From the NCBI GenBank assembly GCA_037138355.1, contig JBAXIL010000030.1:1-21042 (forward strand): 21,042 bases of DNA, written 5' to 3'. The notes beneath the pieces were generated by a model. It was not told the origin of the DNA. It worked only from the letters and a program-made list of their open reading frames with translations, and ran no database searches. Both the position numbers and the translations under genes were made by a program. Positions 1 through 9,600 of this stretch are shown here, one piece after another. The DNA comes from a bacterium (lineage in GTDB: Bacteria > Oederibacteriota > PGYV01 > Palsa-1178). The first letter of the stretch is position 1. Every line of letters begins with the position of its first letter.

Positions 1-427
1 CCTCAGTAGTCAAAGAAGTAAGATTTTCGATAGTTTGTTTCTGATGTGGTAGTCCGATATAGCAAGAAGTAGTAAATCCAATTGCATTTAAGTTCAATAT
101 TTCCCGAACAGAAGTAGTAACTATCTCGTCATCGAGTTCTGCCGACTTACGCATACTGTTTCCACCAGTTGCCCTTAATATGATTGGTGTCTTCATCCAT
201 GGATTAAAACTTGATTTTAAACCACCTATAGTAGGACTTACAGCATTGCAAAAAGGTAAAAGCGGCTCTATAGTTTTGCGCAAATTTTCAAGACCTGCTG
301 GAGCCCCTTGAAAATAACCATGATCAACAGCCAAAAGTACTGTTCTGCCAGACTGCGAATCAAACATTTGTGCCATTCTATTTTTAATACCACTCCACTC
401 AGCTTTATAATCAGAAATTTTTTTCAT
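1..427 (-). CDS. lsrF: LsrF-like class I aldolase/thiolase (DhnA family), runs off the left window edge
   Basis: Not in the ORF track. Manual translation from ATG at 427 gives MKKISDYKAEWSGIKNRMAQMFDSQSGRTVLLAVDHGYFQGAPAGLE...PIILRATGGNS..., matching the LsrF motifs (TVMLAFDHGYFQGP, VVLRASGANS). Strong SD GAGGAGGT just upstream. Confidence 0.88.
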   Translation of the reverse strand, partial: MKKISDYKAEWSGIKNRMAQMFDSQSGRTVLLAVDHGYFQGAPAGLENLRKTIEPLLPFCNAVSPTIGGLKSSFNPWMKTPIILRATGGNSMRKSAELDDEIVTTSVREILNLNAIGFTTSCYIGLPHQKQTIENLTSLTTE

Positions 428-455
428 ATGAATTACACCTCCTCTTGTTTTATAA

Positions 456-485
456 AGTATATCATAAGTTAAGGGGTTTTGTTAA
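456..485 (-). promoter_or_regulatory. Putative sigma70 promoter for lsrF
   Basis: TTAACA (485-480), 18-bp spacer, TATACT (461-456), with extended -10 TG motif. Confidence 0.55.
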
Positions 486-580
486 ACATAAAATATAGTA
501 AAAGGAATGTGTTATTATATGATTTTTTATACAGGAATAAATATTTTACCTATGAATACAGCGTCTATTTTATAAAGACT

Positions 581-1039
581 TTATTTGTAAAACTTAATTG
601 TATGAGTGTGTGTAAGACCTTCTGCTGCTTCATCTTCCTTGCGAGCCCCAAGCACAAAAAGTGTTTTCATAGGAAACTTAATTCCTTCAACATCTTTTTT
701 AATCAATATATTTAGAACATTTGTCTGAACTTGCCTAGATGCTAAATGAAACTCACTTAAGTATATAATACATGCTTTTCCTTCTTTGCCATCAAAAGCA
801 TTAAAAAGCCATTTTGGCAGAGCGCTCTCAAGCTTCATAGTTCCTAATTCATTTGCTTGCAAAGTTGTTAAATCCTTATTCACAAATATTCTATCAGTTT
901 CTTGTGCTACTTCAGAAAAGAGCTTACTTACAATATCGCTTTGATTATGAAAAAGAATAACTTCACACGGTTTGTGAATTTGACAAGCACGCTTAAAATA
1001 TTGTTTGATTTCTTGATATGTTTTAAAATCATGATTCAT
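581..1039 (-). CDS. Small degenerate AAA+ (MoxR/AAA_5-like) domain protein, probably catalytically inactive
   Basis: ATG with GGGGAG SD. The segments LPKWL, CIIYLSEFHLASRQVQTNVLNILIKKDV and FPMKTLFVLGA follow the MoxR-like pattern PxWLP..GILFLDELNRA..VQ..L..LIL.R...LP...IVAAGN, but the Walker A and B residues are lost. Confidence 0.6.
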   Translation of the reverse strand: MNHDFKTYQEIKQYFKRACQIHKPCEVILFHNQSDIVSKLFSEVAQETDRIFVNKDLTTLQANELGTMKLESALPKWLFNAFDGKEGKACIIYLSEFHLASRQVQTNVLNILIKKDVEGIKFPMKTLFVLGARKEDEAAEGLTHTHTIKFYK

Positions 1040-1080
1040 AAATGCTCCCCTAGGTTAGTTTATGAAAATAAAGTAAGTAT

Positions 1081-2433
1081 TTATTGCGGAACAGCCGATA
1101 ATTCCTTTGTATATTTACTTTCTTTCCCTTTTGCATCAACAGCAGTAACCACAAAATATACTCTCAAACCGCTCTTTAATGATCCAACTTGCAAATAATA
1201 TGTATTTGCTGCAATCGGCTCCTTTGTCAATTTATAATACTTATTGCCACCTGGCTCGTAACTCATATAAACATTATAACCACGAACTATAGATTTTGGA
1301 TCTTTGTCTATACTCCACATAACCCATATTTTTTTTACTTCAGCTTTAAGTTGTATAACTTTTGGAGGACTTAATGTTTTTGGCTGCTCAACTGGTGTAG
1401 GTGTAGGTTGTCCAACATTAATAGTCACTCCCACCCTGTTTGACATACCAAGCTCTCCAAATGGTATAAAGGCGTAATCTAAATCTACATCTAAGCCATT
1501 AAAGTTTCTTGAGTAACCAAGGCCGAAAGTGAAACCAGCAAACCAGCCCAAATCAGATACATAGGAACTTCCATTTAGTCTGTATCCCACACGCGGCTTA
1601 AAAATATTATTTTCTATTTTCATCATATATTCAAGTCCCATATTTATCCTTAAAGGCATATTTGCTGGTTGCAAAGGAACAACAGTATCTATGTCAACCA
1701 TAATACCATCATGAGAATCCCCTTCAGAAGTAAAAAGTCTTTTTGCCGTATAACCCAATCCAAATCTCAAATTAAGAGGAAGTGGTGCATCTGGGGCGCC
1801 TTGAATCTGATTCATTTGCATATATGATACATTCTGCAATACTAATCCAATATCAAATCCAGTTATACCTGTATTTACAAGTAGTCCTATGTCCACTGCT
1901 GGAATCCAGCTTTCTTCCAAAGCAATTTTTTGATTTATTAATTTTAAAGTTGCACCTACAGAAAACAACCTTGCCGCTTGCCAGCTATATGTTAATCCAA
2001 GAACTGTACCACCAACTCCATAAAACTCACCCTTATCAGCCTGCGCTTGTGACCAAGTCCCATCTGCATTTTCTTTTGTCGTAGCGACATCGTCCACTCT
2101 TACAAGCATTGCTGTTATTCCTATACAACCCCAAATATCAGAGCCAAATAATTCTGCAGGTAAACCTATTGCCAGATATTCATATGAAGTGCCACCGAAG
2201 TTTTGATTATGCATAAGACCAAACTGTAAGTTTTCTACTTTTACAAGTGCCCCAGGATTCCACCAGCTTGCATCTACATTATCTACCACAGCCGTATATG
2301 CCTCTCCCATGCCACTGGCGCGTGCTCCTACTCCCATATTTAGATATGGAGAAGCCGTTACTCCGCCGGATTCAGTAGCAAATAATGACGAAGCAAAAAA
2401 CAAAACAATTGCGGCTGATAAAAACTTCTTCAT
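1081..2433 (-). CDS. PorV/PorQ (UPF0164) family outer-membrane beta-barrel with C-terminal FN3 domain
   Basis: Signal peptide MKKFLSAAIVLFFASSLFA; hallmark YLNMGVGARASGMGEAYTAVVDNVDASWWNPGAL; barrel end LDYAFIPFGELGMSNRVGV; then a PTPTP linker and an FN3-like pattern (W...GYNVY...YFVVTAVDAKGKES). Confidence 0.88.
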   Translation of the reverse strand: MKKFLSAAIVLFFASSLFATESGGVTASPYLNMGVGARASGMGEAYTAVVDNVDASWWNPGALVKVENLQFGLMHNQNFGGTSYEYLAIGLPAELFGSDIWGCIGITAMLVRVDDVATTKENADGTWSQAQADKGEFYGVGGTVLGLTYSWQAARLFSVGATLKLINQKIALEESWIPAVDIGLLVNTGITGFDIGLVLQNVSYMQMNQIQGAPDAPLPLNLRFGLGYTAKRLFTSEGDSHDGIMVDIDTVVPLQPANMPLRINMGLEYMMKIENNIFKPRVGYRLNGSSYVSDLGWFAGFTFGLGYSRNFNGLDVDLDYAFIPFGELGMSNRVGVTINVGQPTPTPVEQPKTLSPPKVIQLKAEVKKIWVMWSIDKDPKSIVRGYNVYMSYEPGGNKYYKLTKEPIAANTYYLQVGSLKSGLRVYFVVTAVDAKGKESKYTKELSAVPQ

Positions 2434-2473
2434 TAGGCTCTCCTATATTTAATTACAAAAAAAGTTCATTTAG

Positions 2474-4297
2474 CTAAGGCTTATATACTGGATCACATTT
2501 ATAACAAACTATAAGACGCATGACTACGGTCTTTTTTTGATCATCTTCAAGCACTACATAATAAAGTCCTGAAACAACTTTTGAACCATTTTTATTAGTT
2601 CCATCCCAAACAAAGCCCTTTGCACTTGTGAATAAAATATCTTTAACAAAAGATCCATCCATAGCATATAAATGTATTTTTGTGTTTGATTGGATATTCT
2701 CAACATGGAATAAACCCGAACCACCATAATTGCCAACAGAATTTGGATTGTATGGATTAGGATAAATATGAGCATCAGCTAATGGCATAAGTACTGTAGG
2801 AGCTATTGTTTGCGTTGCTGTAGCTGTTGCTGGTGTCAATGTCATTGTAATAGAAGGAGTCACATATCCTTCCGTCCATGTCATAGTTGGCGTGGATGTA
2901 TAATATCCAGGAGTCCATGTCATAGTTGATGTTCCAACTGGACTCTGTATTTCTGTAGGAGTAGAAGTAGAAGAAATTTTTGCAAGTACATAACCACACT
3001 GTTCTACAACAATTGTATCATTAAGCAATGGTTCATTATATGTTGCATTAATAGTATTTCGTTTTTCATCATCTACATTTAGTGTAGGTCCATTATTACA
3101 TGTTAATATTTTATAACACGCAATTGCTCCACCATCATTTGTTGTGTCCACATATACAGAAACATTATTTGGAACAATTGCTAAAGATATATATGGCCCC
3201 ATTCCTGTTGTATTACTTAAAGATTTATATATATGATATGCTGTTGGTGGAACTGCAGCATCATATGAACCAGCACTTAGCGGAATCCATCTTAACAATG
3301 CTCCATCCACCGAATTAAGCACAGTACCAAAAGCAGTAGTTACTGTAATATCTGCTGGCGACTGATAAATCGGAACACTTATTGAATCACCAAGAACCAA
3401 CCAATCGTAATAAACAATAAGAGCGTGCGAATCAGGTGAAGGAAAAGCAGATATCGTAGTCGGCGTTGGAAGTCCAGTATAACTATAATTTGTCTCAGGT
3501 GCTGGTATAATTACATCTGTGATATTAGTAACACTAAAATACCGACCAGTTCCCGTATCATAGTGATTAGCAAGAAAGTTAAGCGACACAGTTAAATGAT
3601 TAACCCAAGAACCGCAGCCTGTGGCAAAACCTTGTACTTCATCATTTATCGTTCCAGAAGTAAATGTGATTGAGCCATCATATAATGAAACTCTTTGTGA
3701 TACAGCCGCAGGATTCCCATTATTTGCTCCAAAATTAAGATAAGTATATAATCTAAGATAACTATAACAACCCCAATCTCCTGCGGTATAAGTAACACTG
3801 CCTGTAGCTGTTACAGAGCCACCGCCGCAACCTATGTTTTCAAAGTTTTTACCATAAGCCCCAGGTGTGGCATTTGCATAATTTGTAAGGTGTAAATACT
3901 GAGGATTTATATAGTTATTTCCCGTCCAGACAACTCTTGTAAATTGTTGATTATGTCTTGTACAAGGAACCATAGAATCAGGAAAACAAGTTGAGAGGCC
4001 ACACACAATAGTTTGTGGTGTTGGGTATGGAGTAACACCGAAATAGGTGCCCTTCCAACCTTTGTAATCGCCTTCTGCAGCAAGAGGAGGATATAACATA
4101 GTAACTGGTACATGATCATTCTCAAAATCATTAACAGTATATGGGCTGACTTCATTGTAATATGGTGTTTGTGGTATATATCCCTGAACAAAAGCATATA
4201 CCTTTGACATACCCTTATTATTTGTTATAGAATTAACTAAACCAACAGTAAGAATCGCAATAAGTATTACTAATGTGTACAAATATTTTGATCTCAT
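2474..4297 (-). CDS. Secreted protein: CBM-like domain, FN3-like domain, Thr/Pro-rich linker and C-terminal T9SS type A/FlgD Ig-like domain
   Basis: N-terminal hydrophobic signal. VNDFE...W..LTVSL...ITDV...YYDWLVL resembles a CBM11/galactose-binding jelly roll, and LRW...AYHIYKS...YVDT resembles FN3. C-terminus IYPNPYNP...IHLYAMDGSFVK...WDGTNKNGSKVVSGLYYVVL. SD AAGGAG. Confidence 0.8.
   Translation of the reverse strand: MRSKYLYTLVILIAILTVGLVNSITNNKGMSKVYAFVQGYIPQTPYYNEVSPYTVNDFENDHVPVTMLYPPLAAEGDYKGWKGTYFGVTPYPTPQTIVCGLSTCFPDSMVPCTRHNQQFTRVVWTGNNYINPQYLHLTNYANATPGAYGKNFENIGCGGGSVTATGSVTYTAGDWGCYSYLRLYTYLNFGANNGNPAAVSQRVSLYDGSITFTSGTINDEVQGFATGCGSWVNHLTVSLNFLANHYDTGTGRYFSVTNITDVIIPAPETNYSYTGLPTPTTISAFPSPDSHALIVYYDWLVLGDSISVPIYQSPADITVTTAFGTVLNSVDGALLRWIPLSAGSYDAAVPPTAYHIYKSLSNTTGMGPYISLAIVPNNVSVYVDTTNDGGAIACYKILTCNNGPTLNVDDEKRNTINATYNEPLLNDTIVVEQCGYVLAKISSTSTPTEIQSPVGTSTMTWTPGYYTSTPTMTWTEGYVTPSITMTLTPATATATQTIAPTVLMPLADAHIYPNPYNPNSVGNYGGSGLFHVENIQSNTKIHLYAMDGSFVKDILFTSAKGFVWDGTNKNGSKVVSGLYYVVLEDDQKKTVVMRLIVCYKCDPVYKP
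2835..2928 (-). repeat. Three 39-bp (13-aa) tandem repeats in the Thr-rich linker
   Basis: gtccatgtcatagttg occurs exactly at 2874-2889 and 2913-2928, with a degenerate copy gtcaatgtcattgtaa at 2835-2850. Protein: TMTWTPGY / TMTWTEGY / TMTLTPAT. Confidence 0.8.
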
Positions 4298-4332
4298 TAA
4301 CGAAACTCCTTTTCGATTTTGACTATATGTTT

Positions 4333-4361
4333 ATTGTAATTTACTTTTATGCCAGTGTCAA
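4333..4361 (-). promoter_or_regulatory. Near-consensus sigma70 promoter for the cargo-PorV unit
   Basis: TTGACA (4361-4356), 17-bp spacer, TACAAT (4338-4333). Confidence 0.75.
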
Positions 4362-4425
4362 CGAAAAATCATCACTAAACAAGAAAAGGAATATATTGAT
4401 TGTATTAATATCTAATAAGTCATAC

Positions 4426-4453
4426 CAAAATACCAATGTCATTCCTGACATTG
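4426..4453 (-). terminator. Hairpin, possible intrinsic terminator after the NHL genes
   Basis: Perfect 8-bp stem CAATGTCA-GGAA-TGACATTG followed by GTATTTT on the minus strand, about 54 nt after the stop at 4507. Confidence 0.45.
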
Positions 4454-4506
4454 TAAAATCATAATAATATCTATTTCAAGAAGAAACAACTTTATGCTAA
4501 ATTAAT

Positions 4507-5517
4507 TTATTTGTATAAAATGTTCTTCAAAGTAAGAATATGATGCGTAAGAATATATATATTTCCACTCATACCACCTATTACCGCACATGGATATGTT
4601 ATAACACAGCTGTTATCCTTACATGAATCAAAACTACTTAACATTTTTCCATTATTGTCATATACATTAATTTTGTTTTCATCGCTGACATTAAAATAAA
4701 CGTTACCCTCTGGCGTGATTGCCAGTGTCTGATAATTAGACCATTTTTTTATATTCCTTAATGGCCAAACTTTTTTAAACAATCCGTCATTACTAAAAAT
4801 AGCTACTCCATGTTGTCCAGAAGCCATACCAACCAAACAATATATATCATCATTTGGACCAGCATAAATTTTGTCGATATCAACGAACTTATATTTCGAC
4901 TTATTTACTGCATCAATACTTAAAATTTCTTTAAAATCAGGGCCATATTTATGAATAGAATTATCTTTGCCATCAACAACAAAAATATTACCTTTTGAAT
5001 CGACTTCCATCCATCTGGATGTAGTACCTGACTTGAGAGTTATAGTATCTTTTAACTTTAAATTTTTATTAAATCTATGCACAATACCAATTTTATCCAA
5101 AATATTAATATTCATTTCTAAATCTACTATACAATTGTTTATTGGAGTTTCCACATTGTAAACATGTATCATTTGACCTGATTCTTTATTGAACTGTATT
5201 ACCTGACCACGGTTTGGATCTACACCAAAAAGCGAATCACCATTTTCATTAAAATACCAGATTCCTGTATATGGATGATGATCCCACAAGCGAACAAATT
5301 CAGGCTTAATTTGTTTTCTGGTTGACTCTTTTGTAACTAACAAAATCTCGCCAATAGTAAATGCTAATAGTAAACCTACAATAGCAAACAAAAGCGTGCT
5401 ATTCTTTTTTTTCACTGGCGTTTCTACCGCTTTGTTTTGTGTCTTTTTTGAAGCTAAAGTTGCTATAACTGGTACTTTTCTTGCTACACTTTTCTTATTG
5501 CTTTTAACTTTTGCCAT
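4507..5517 (-). CDS. Membrane-anchored NHL-repeat / 6-bladed beta-propeller protein (paralog B)
   Basis: Lys-rich N-terminus, one TM helix, repeats such as MEVDSKGNIFVVDGKDNSIHKY and LAITPEGNVYFNVSDENKINVYDNNG. SD GGGAGG. Confidence 0.8.
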   Translation of the reverse strand: MAKVKSNKKSVARKVPVIATLASKKTQNKAVETPVKKKNSTLLFAIVGLLLAFTIGEILLVTKESTRKQIKPEFVRLWDHHPYTGIWYFNENGDSLFGVDPNRGQVIQFNKESGQMIHVYNVETPINNCIVDLEMNINILDKIGIVHRFNKNLKLKDTITLKSGTTSRWMEVDSKGNIFVVDGKDNSIHKYGPDFKEILSIDAVNKSKYKFVDIDKIYAGPNDDIYCLVGMASGQHGVAIFSNDGLFKKVWPLRNIKKWSNYQTLAITPEGNVYFNVSDENKINVYDNNGKMLSSFDSCKDNSCVITYPCAVIGGMSGNIYILTHHILTLKNILYK

Positions 5518-5559
5518 TGTATCCTCCCAAGTTTTTTTACTAAAATCTAAATATAATCA

Positions 5560-6579
5560 TCAATACTGTATATTTTTAATTGTTACAATCTGATGTGTAT
5601 AAACATATAACTCCCCATTCATACCACCTGTAATACATGCAGGAAAAGTAAGAACGCACTCATCATTCTTACACGAATTATCATTACAGGATTTGAACTT
5701 ACTTACAAGCCTTCCATTGTTAGTAAAAACATATATGTTATTCGTTGAATTAGAGTTTATATATATATATCCATCTGCAGCAATCGCAAGACTATCCCAT
5801 CTTGAAAACTCTTTTATGTTTCTTATCGTCCATTCTTTTTTAAACTTACCATCTTTACCGAAAATACTAACTTTTTTTCGAGAATTATCATCAGCACCAG
5901 AAAGACAGTATATATCATCATTAGGGCCTACAAAGATTTTTAATAGAACATTAAATTTTCCATTTGCCAGACCTTTACCGCCAAAAGTAAGCATTTCATT
6001 TAGCGCTGTGTCAAATTTATGGACTGTCATTGTATGACCATCAACTACAAACAAATTATTTTCCGAATCATTTTCCATCCAAATCGGCTTCAAACCAACA
6101 GGAAGAACTACTTTTCCAACTAATTGATATTTATTGTCAAACTTTTTTATCTCATTACTTTTATCCAAGACTAAAAGATTTCCATCAGGACTTTCAATAC
6201 AAGTAGCTATAGGTACTTTCAAATCCAGAATGTGAATTATCTTTCCTGTTAATCTGTCAAATTTAATAACCATACCTTTGTCATCATCAATCCCATAAAT
6301 AAATTCTCCATATACCTTTAACATGTCAATATTAGTATATGGATGATGATCCCACATTCTTACAAAATCTGGTTTTTTATCCTTCATTGTCGATTGTTTT
6401 GACATGTAGGTAATTTCAAAGAATGTAAGTCCTACAAGTACTGCAACCAGTGCAATTAAAAAGAAAATATTCATTTTTGGCTTAGCGTTAGGCATTGATT
6501 TTTTCTGTTTTACTGACACAGTTGTTATTCTTTTTATTGCCTTCCCAGTTTTCAAAATAACTTTCTTCTTTTTTACCAT
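5560..6579 (-). CDS. Membrane-anchored NHL-repeat / 6-bladed beta-propeller protein (paralog A)
   Basis: Same architecture; DSENNLFVVDGHTMTVHKFD, TFGGKGLANGKFN, LAIAADGYIYINSNSTNNIYVFTNNG. SD GGAGG. Confidence 0.82.
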   Translation of the reverse strand: MVKKKKVILKTGKAIKRITTVSVKQKKSMPNAKPKMNIFFLIALVAVLVGLTFFEITYMSKQSTMKDKKPDFVRMWDHHPYTNIDMLKVYGEFIYGIDDDKGMVIKFDRLTGKIIHILDLKVPIATCIESPDGNLLVLDKSNEIKKFDNKYQLVGKVVLPVGLKPIWMENDSENNLFVVDGHTMTVHKFDTALNEMLTFGGKGLANGKFNVLLKIFVGPNDDIYCLSGADDNSRKKVSIFGKDGKFKKEWTIRNIKEFSRWDSLAIAADGYIYINSNSTNNIYVFTNNGRLVSKFKSCNDNSCKNDECVLTFPACITGGMNGELYVYTHQIVTIKNIQY

Positions 6580-6619
6580 TTTCCCTCCACTAAATAATAT
6601 TATTAAATATATATTTATT

Positions 6620-9600
6620 CTATCGTCGCGCAGTCACTGGATATTCAGGTGTAATATTTTCCATAGGCACAGGCACAATATTACCACCTACCTTCTGCCA
6701 AGACAATTTCATAACCACTGAATAAATAGAATATATAGTTATTCTGTGCATTCCTTTATTAAGATTAAAATTATCTACTTTTTGCATTGGTTTATTATAA
6801 AAATATTTATTGGCATTAGCAGCTTTAGGATCACTTGGATTTTCAAGAGAATAATATTTGCCATCTAATACAGTTCTCACATAGCCATTTGACTGTGTAA
6901 GAAAGCGATAATTACCATCTTCTGGTATGCGTATATTCCCAGACCAAATCTGTGATGCCACATAATCTCTTGGTATTCCTGTTATCCATAAGAACGGGTC
7001 AATATATTCATACATTGGTGGTTCGCCCATGTCCCATGCATCGCCTGCAAAATACTTACCATAAAGTCCTATCCGAGGTAAATTGTAAAACATATTAAGT
7101 TGTAAAGGTAAGCTCTCACTCAAATTAATTTGCTGTCCGCTTCTTTTTCTTGTCTCAAGCTTAAGGTCAAGCTTTTCTGATATGCTATTTCTTAATGTCT
7201 TGATTACAATATGATGAAGCCCCAGTGGTAAAGAATAATATTTTTCCTTTTCAAGCTTTGTCCCATTAATCCACACTTCAAAAGATGCATTACCGCTATT
7301 GATAATTCTAAAATCTCCGTAGTACGGAGTCATAAATCCACCATCCCATGTAACACTGTACGGAATCATTTTATCCAATGATGCCTTATAAGACGGTGCT
7401 TCATTTTTAAAACTCTGCGTGCTTTTAGTTTCAATAAAATTATATTTTGCATCAAGACCACGAATTTTTTCCATTTGTTCCTTAGAAACAGTTATTGCTT
7501 TGAAAAACTTCCAATCACTGCCATGTTTATTAAAGTGTTTATGGTCCACATCTACAATTGAACATTCAGGAAAGTAAACATTCTTAAAATTATCTATATT
7601 TTCGGCTAAATCAAAATTATAAAAGAATGAACAGTTATCTTCATAATCCGTTTTGGCAAAGTAGCTCATTGCTTCTGTCATATTCGGAGTGCTGTTTGAT
7701 TTTTCTTCACCTCTAAAGATTGCATAAGGCGGATGACCTGGATAAAAAATAGAAGTATAAAGAATTACCCTTGTATTCATACCCAATTCTTTAGCATACA
7801 TACCAGCAGAAGACTGCAGTTCATCCAAACCGCCAACCCAACGCTGGAAATATTGCCTATAATTTTCTTTTACTATTGGGAACAAAATTATTAAAAGTAA
7901 TAAAGGAAGAAAAACAAACTCCCATTTTTTACCAAAAACACGACATAAAGCCTGCCAAATCTTATCGAAAATAAGTGCGATAAATATCATAGCAGGTATC
8001 ATGGTTCCCAAGGCGCGCATAGCAGAGGGGGCTTCTATAGAGAATATAGAACCTGCTGCTTGAGAAAAGAAGATCAAGACAAGCACAAAAAAAGAATAAT
8101 ATTTACTGTAATATAGTGCATATAAAAAGCCAACTGCATAAAACATTCCTGTAACAAAATCCATGGTTGGCTCGTATGGTTCTCCACCAGAGTTTCTTTG
8201 TCTATTGTCTCCTTTATAATTGAACATTTTTAACACAAGATCTGTATTTTGTACTATCCCTGCTCCTACATTTTTATTTGGGGCATTAGGATCTTTACCA
8301 AAAACAGAAACGGTATATATACGAGGCAAAAAGACCTTATCTATAATAACCAAGTTACGGACAATCATAGAGCCAAAAAGCCAAAAGCCTAAAACAAAAG
8401 CAAGTATTCCAATAAAATGTTTGTTAAAGAAACCTTTAATATCTAAGGACTTTAATAACAAGTAAAGTGTGATAGGTATAACTATAAGCCATGTGGTCAT
8501 GACTCCATGCCAGGCAAGTCCAACTGCTACACCAGTAATAAACCAAATAAACTTATTTCTTTTTTCAAGTGCCACAAACAGAAAATATAATACTAATATT
8601 TCAGTTATAGGAGTAAATATAGCTCCCTGTCCAAATCTTCCATAGTGCACATTCCAACGCAGTACCGAAAAAACCATAGTACCAAATATAGCTGTACGGA
8701 CATTAAATAAAAAGCGTAATAAAAAGTATAAAGCAGGTATTGAAATAATGCCAACAGTAACACCCATACCTTTAAGTGCAATTCTGTGGTCACTAATAAA
8801 CACCTGAAGAAACTGTATAATATGAAAATATATTCCAAACCACCCAACACTTCTCAAAGGACCATTTGCGTGTGAAACATATCCTCCTGCTTCATCATTT
8901 TCTATTCCAAACGGGACACTTCCTAACTCATAAGTACGGAAAAAAATTGCCACAGCCAATATAATCAAAAAACAAATTATCTCTACTTTAATAGGAAAAG
9001 GATCAGCAGGATCTTTGGTTTCAAATTTTTTATATATTGGGAAAAATGCTATAAATATTACTGCCGCTATCACATAATATATAACTGCTATTTGTATATT
9101 GTTAGTTGCAAAGTTTGTCTGTGCAAGATAAGCAATAAACATAGCGATTCCAGCCGCTATAAGTCGTATAATATCTAAAACTTTATTTTCTTTATATTCT
9201 TCTGGGAAGTTGAATAAAGGCATAGCAAGAAATACAAAAAAAATCGCCACAGCATATAAATATATACCTGTCATACTTTCTTCAGGAACAACTATATAGT
9301 TATTTCCAAAAAGCACTAAAACTACGGCGACAGTAATAAAAACGGCCTTTACAAAATAATTATTTAGCCAAGCTGGTTTTTGCAGTAGTATATCAGATTT
9401 TTGCTCTTCTGTTTTTACGATTTCCTCTGTTAAATCAGCTTGAGGTAAACCTAAGAACGCAAGAAATACTCCAATAGATGTATAAAAAACTCCCCAATAT
9501 TGTTGAAAAACACCATTATTCATAAGTAAAATCCAACCAAATATCATTAATATTAAGCCACCACTTGTTAAAAGTAACTGTATCATTTTATTAAAAACAA

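Noticed and set aside
2835..2928. 39-bp periodic repeats as a mini CRISPR array
   Set aside because: They are in-frame coding repeats within a linker, the intervening parts are similar, and there are no cas genes.
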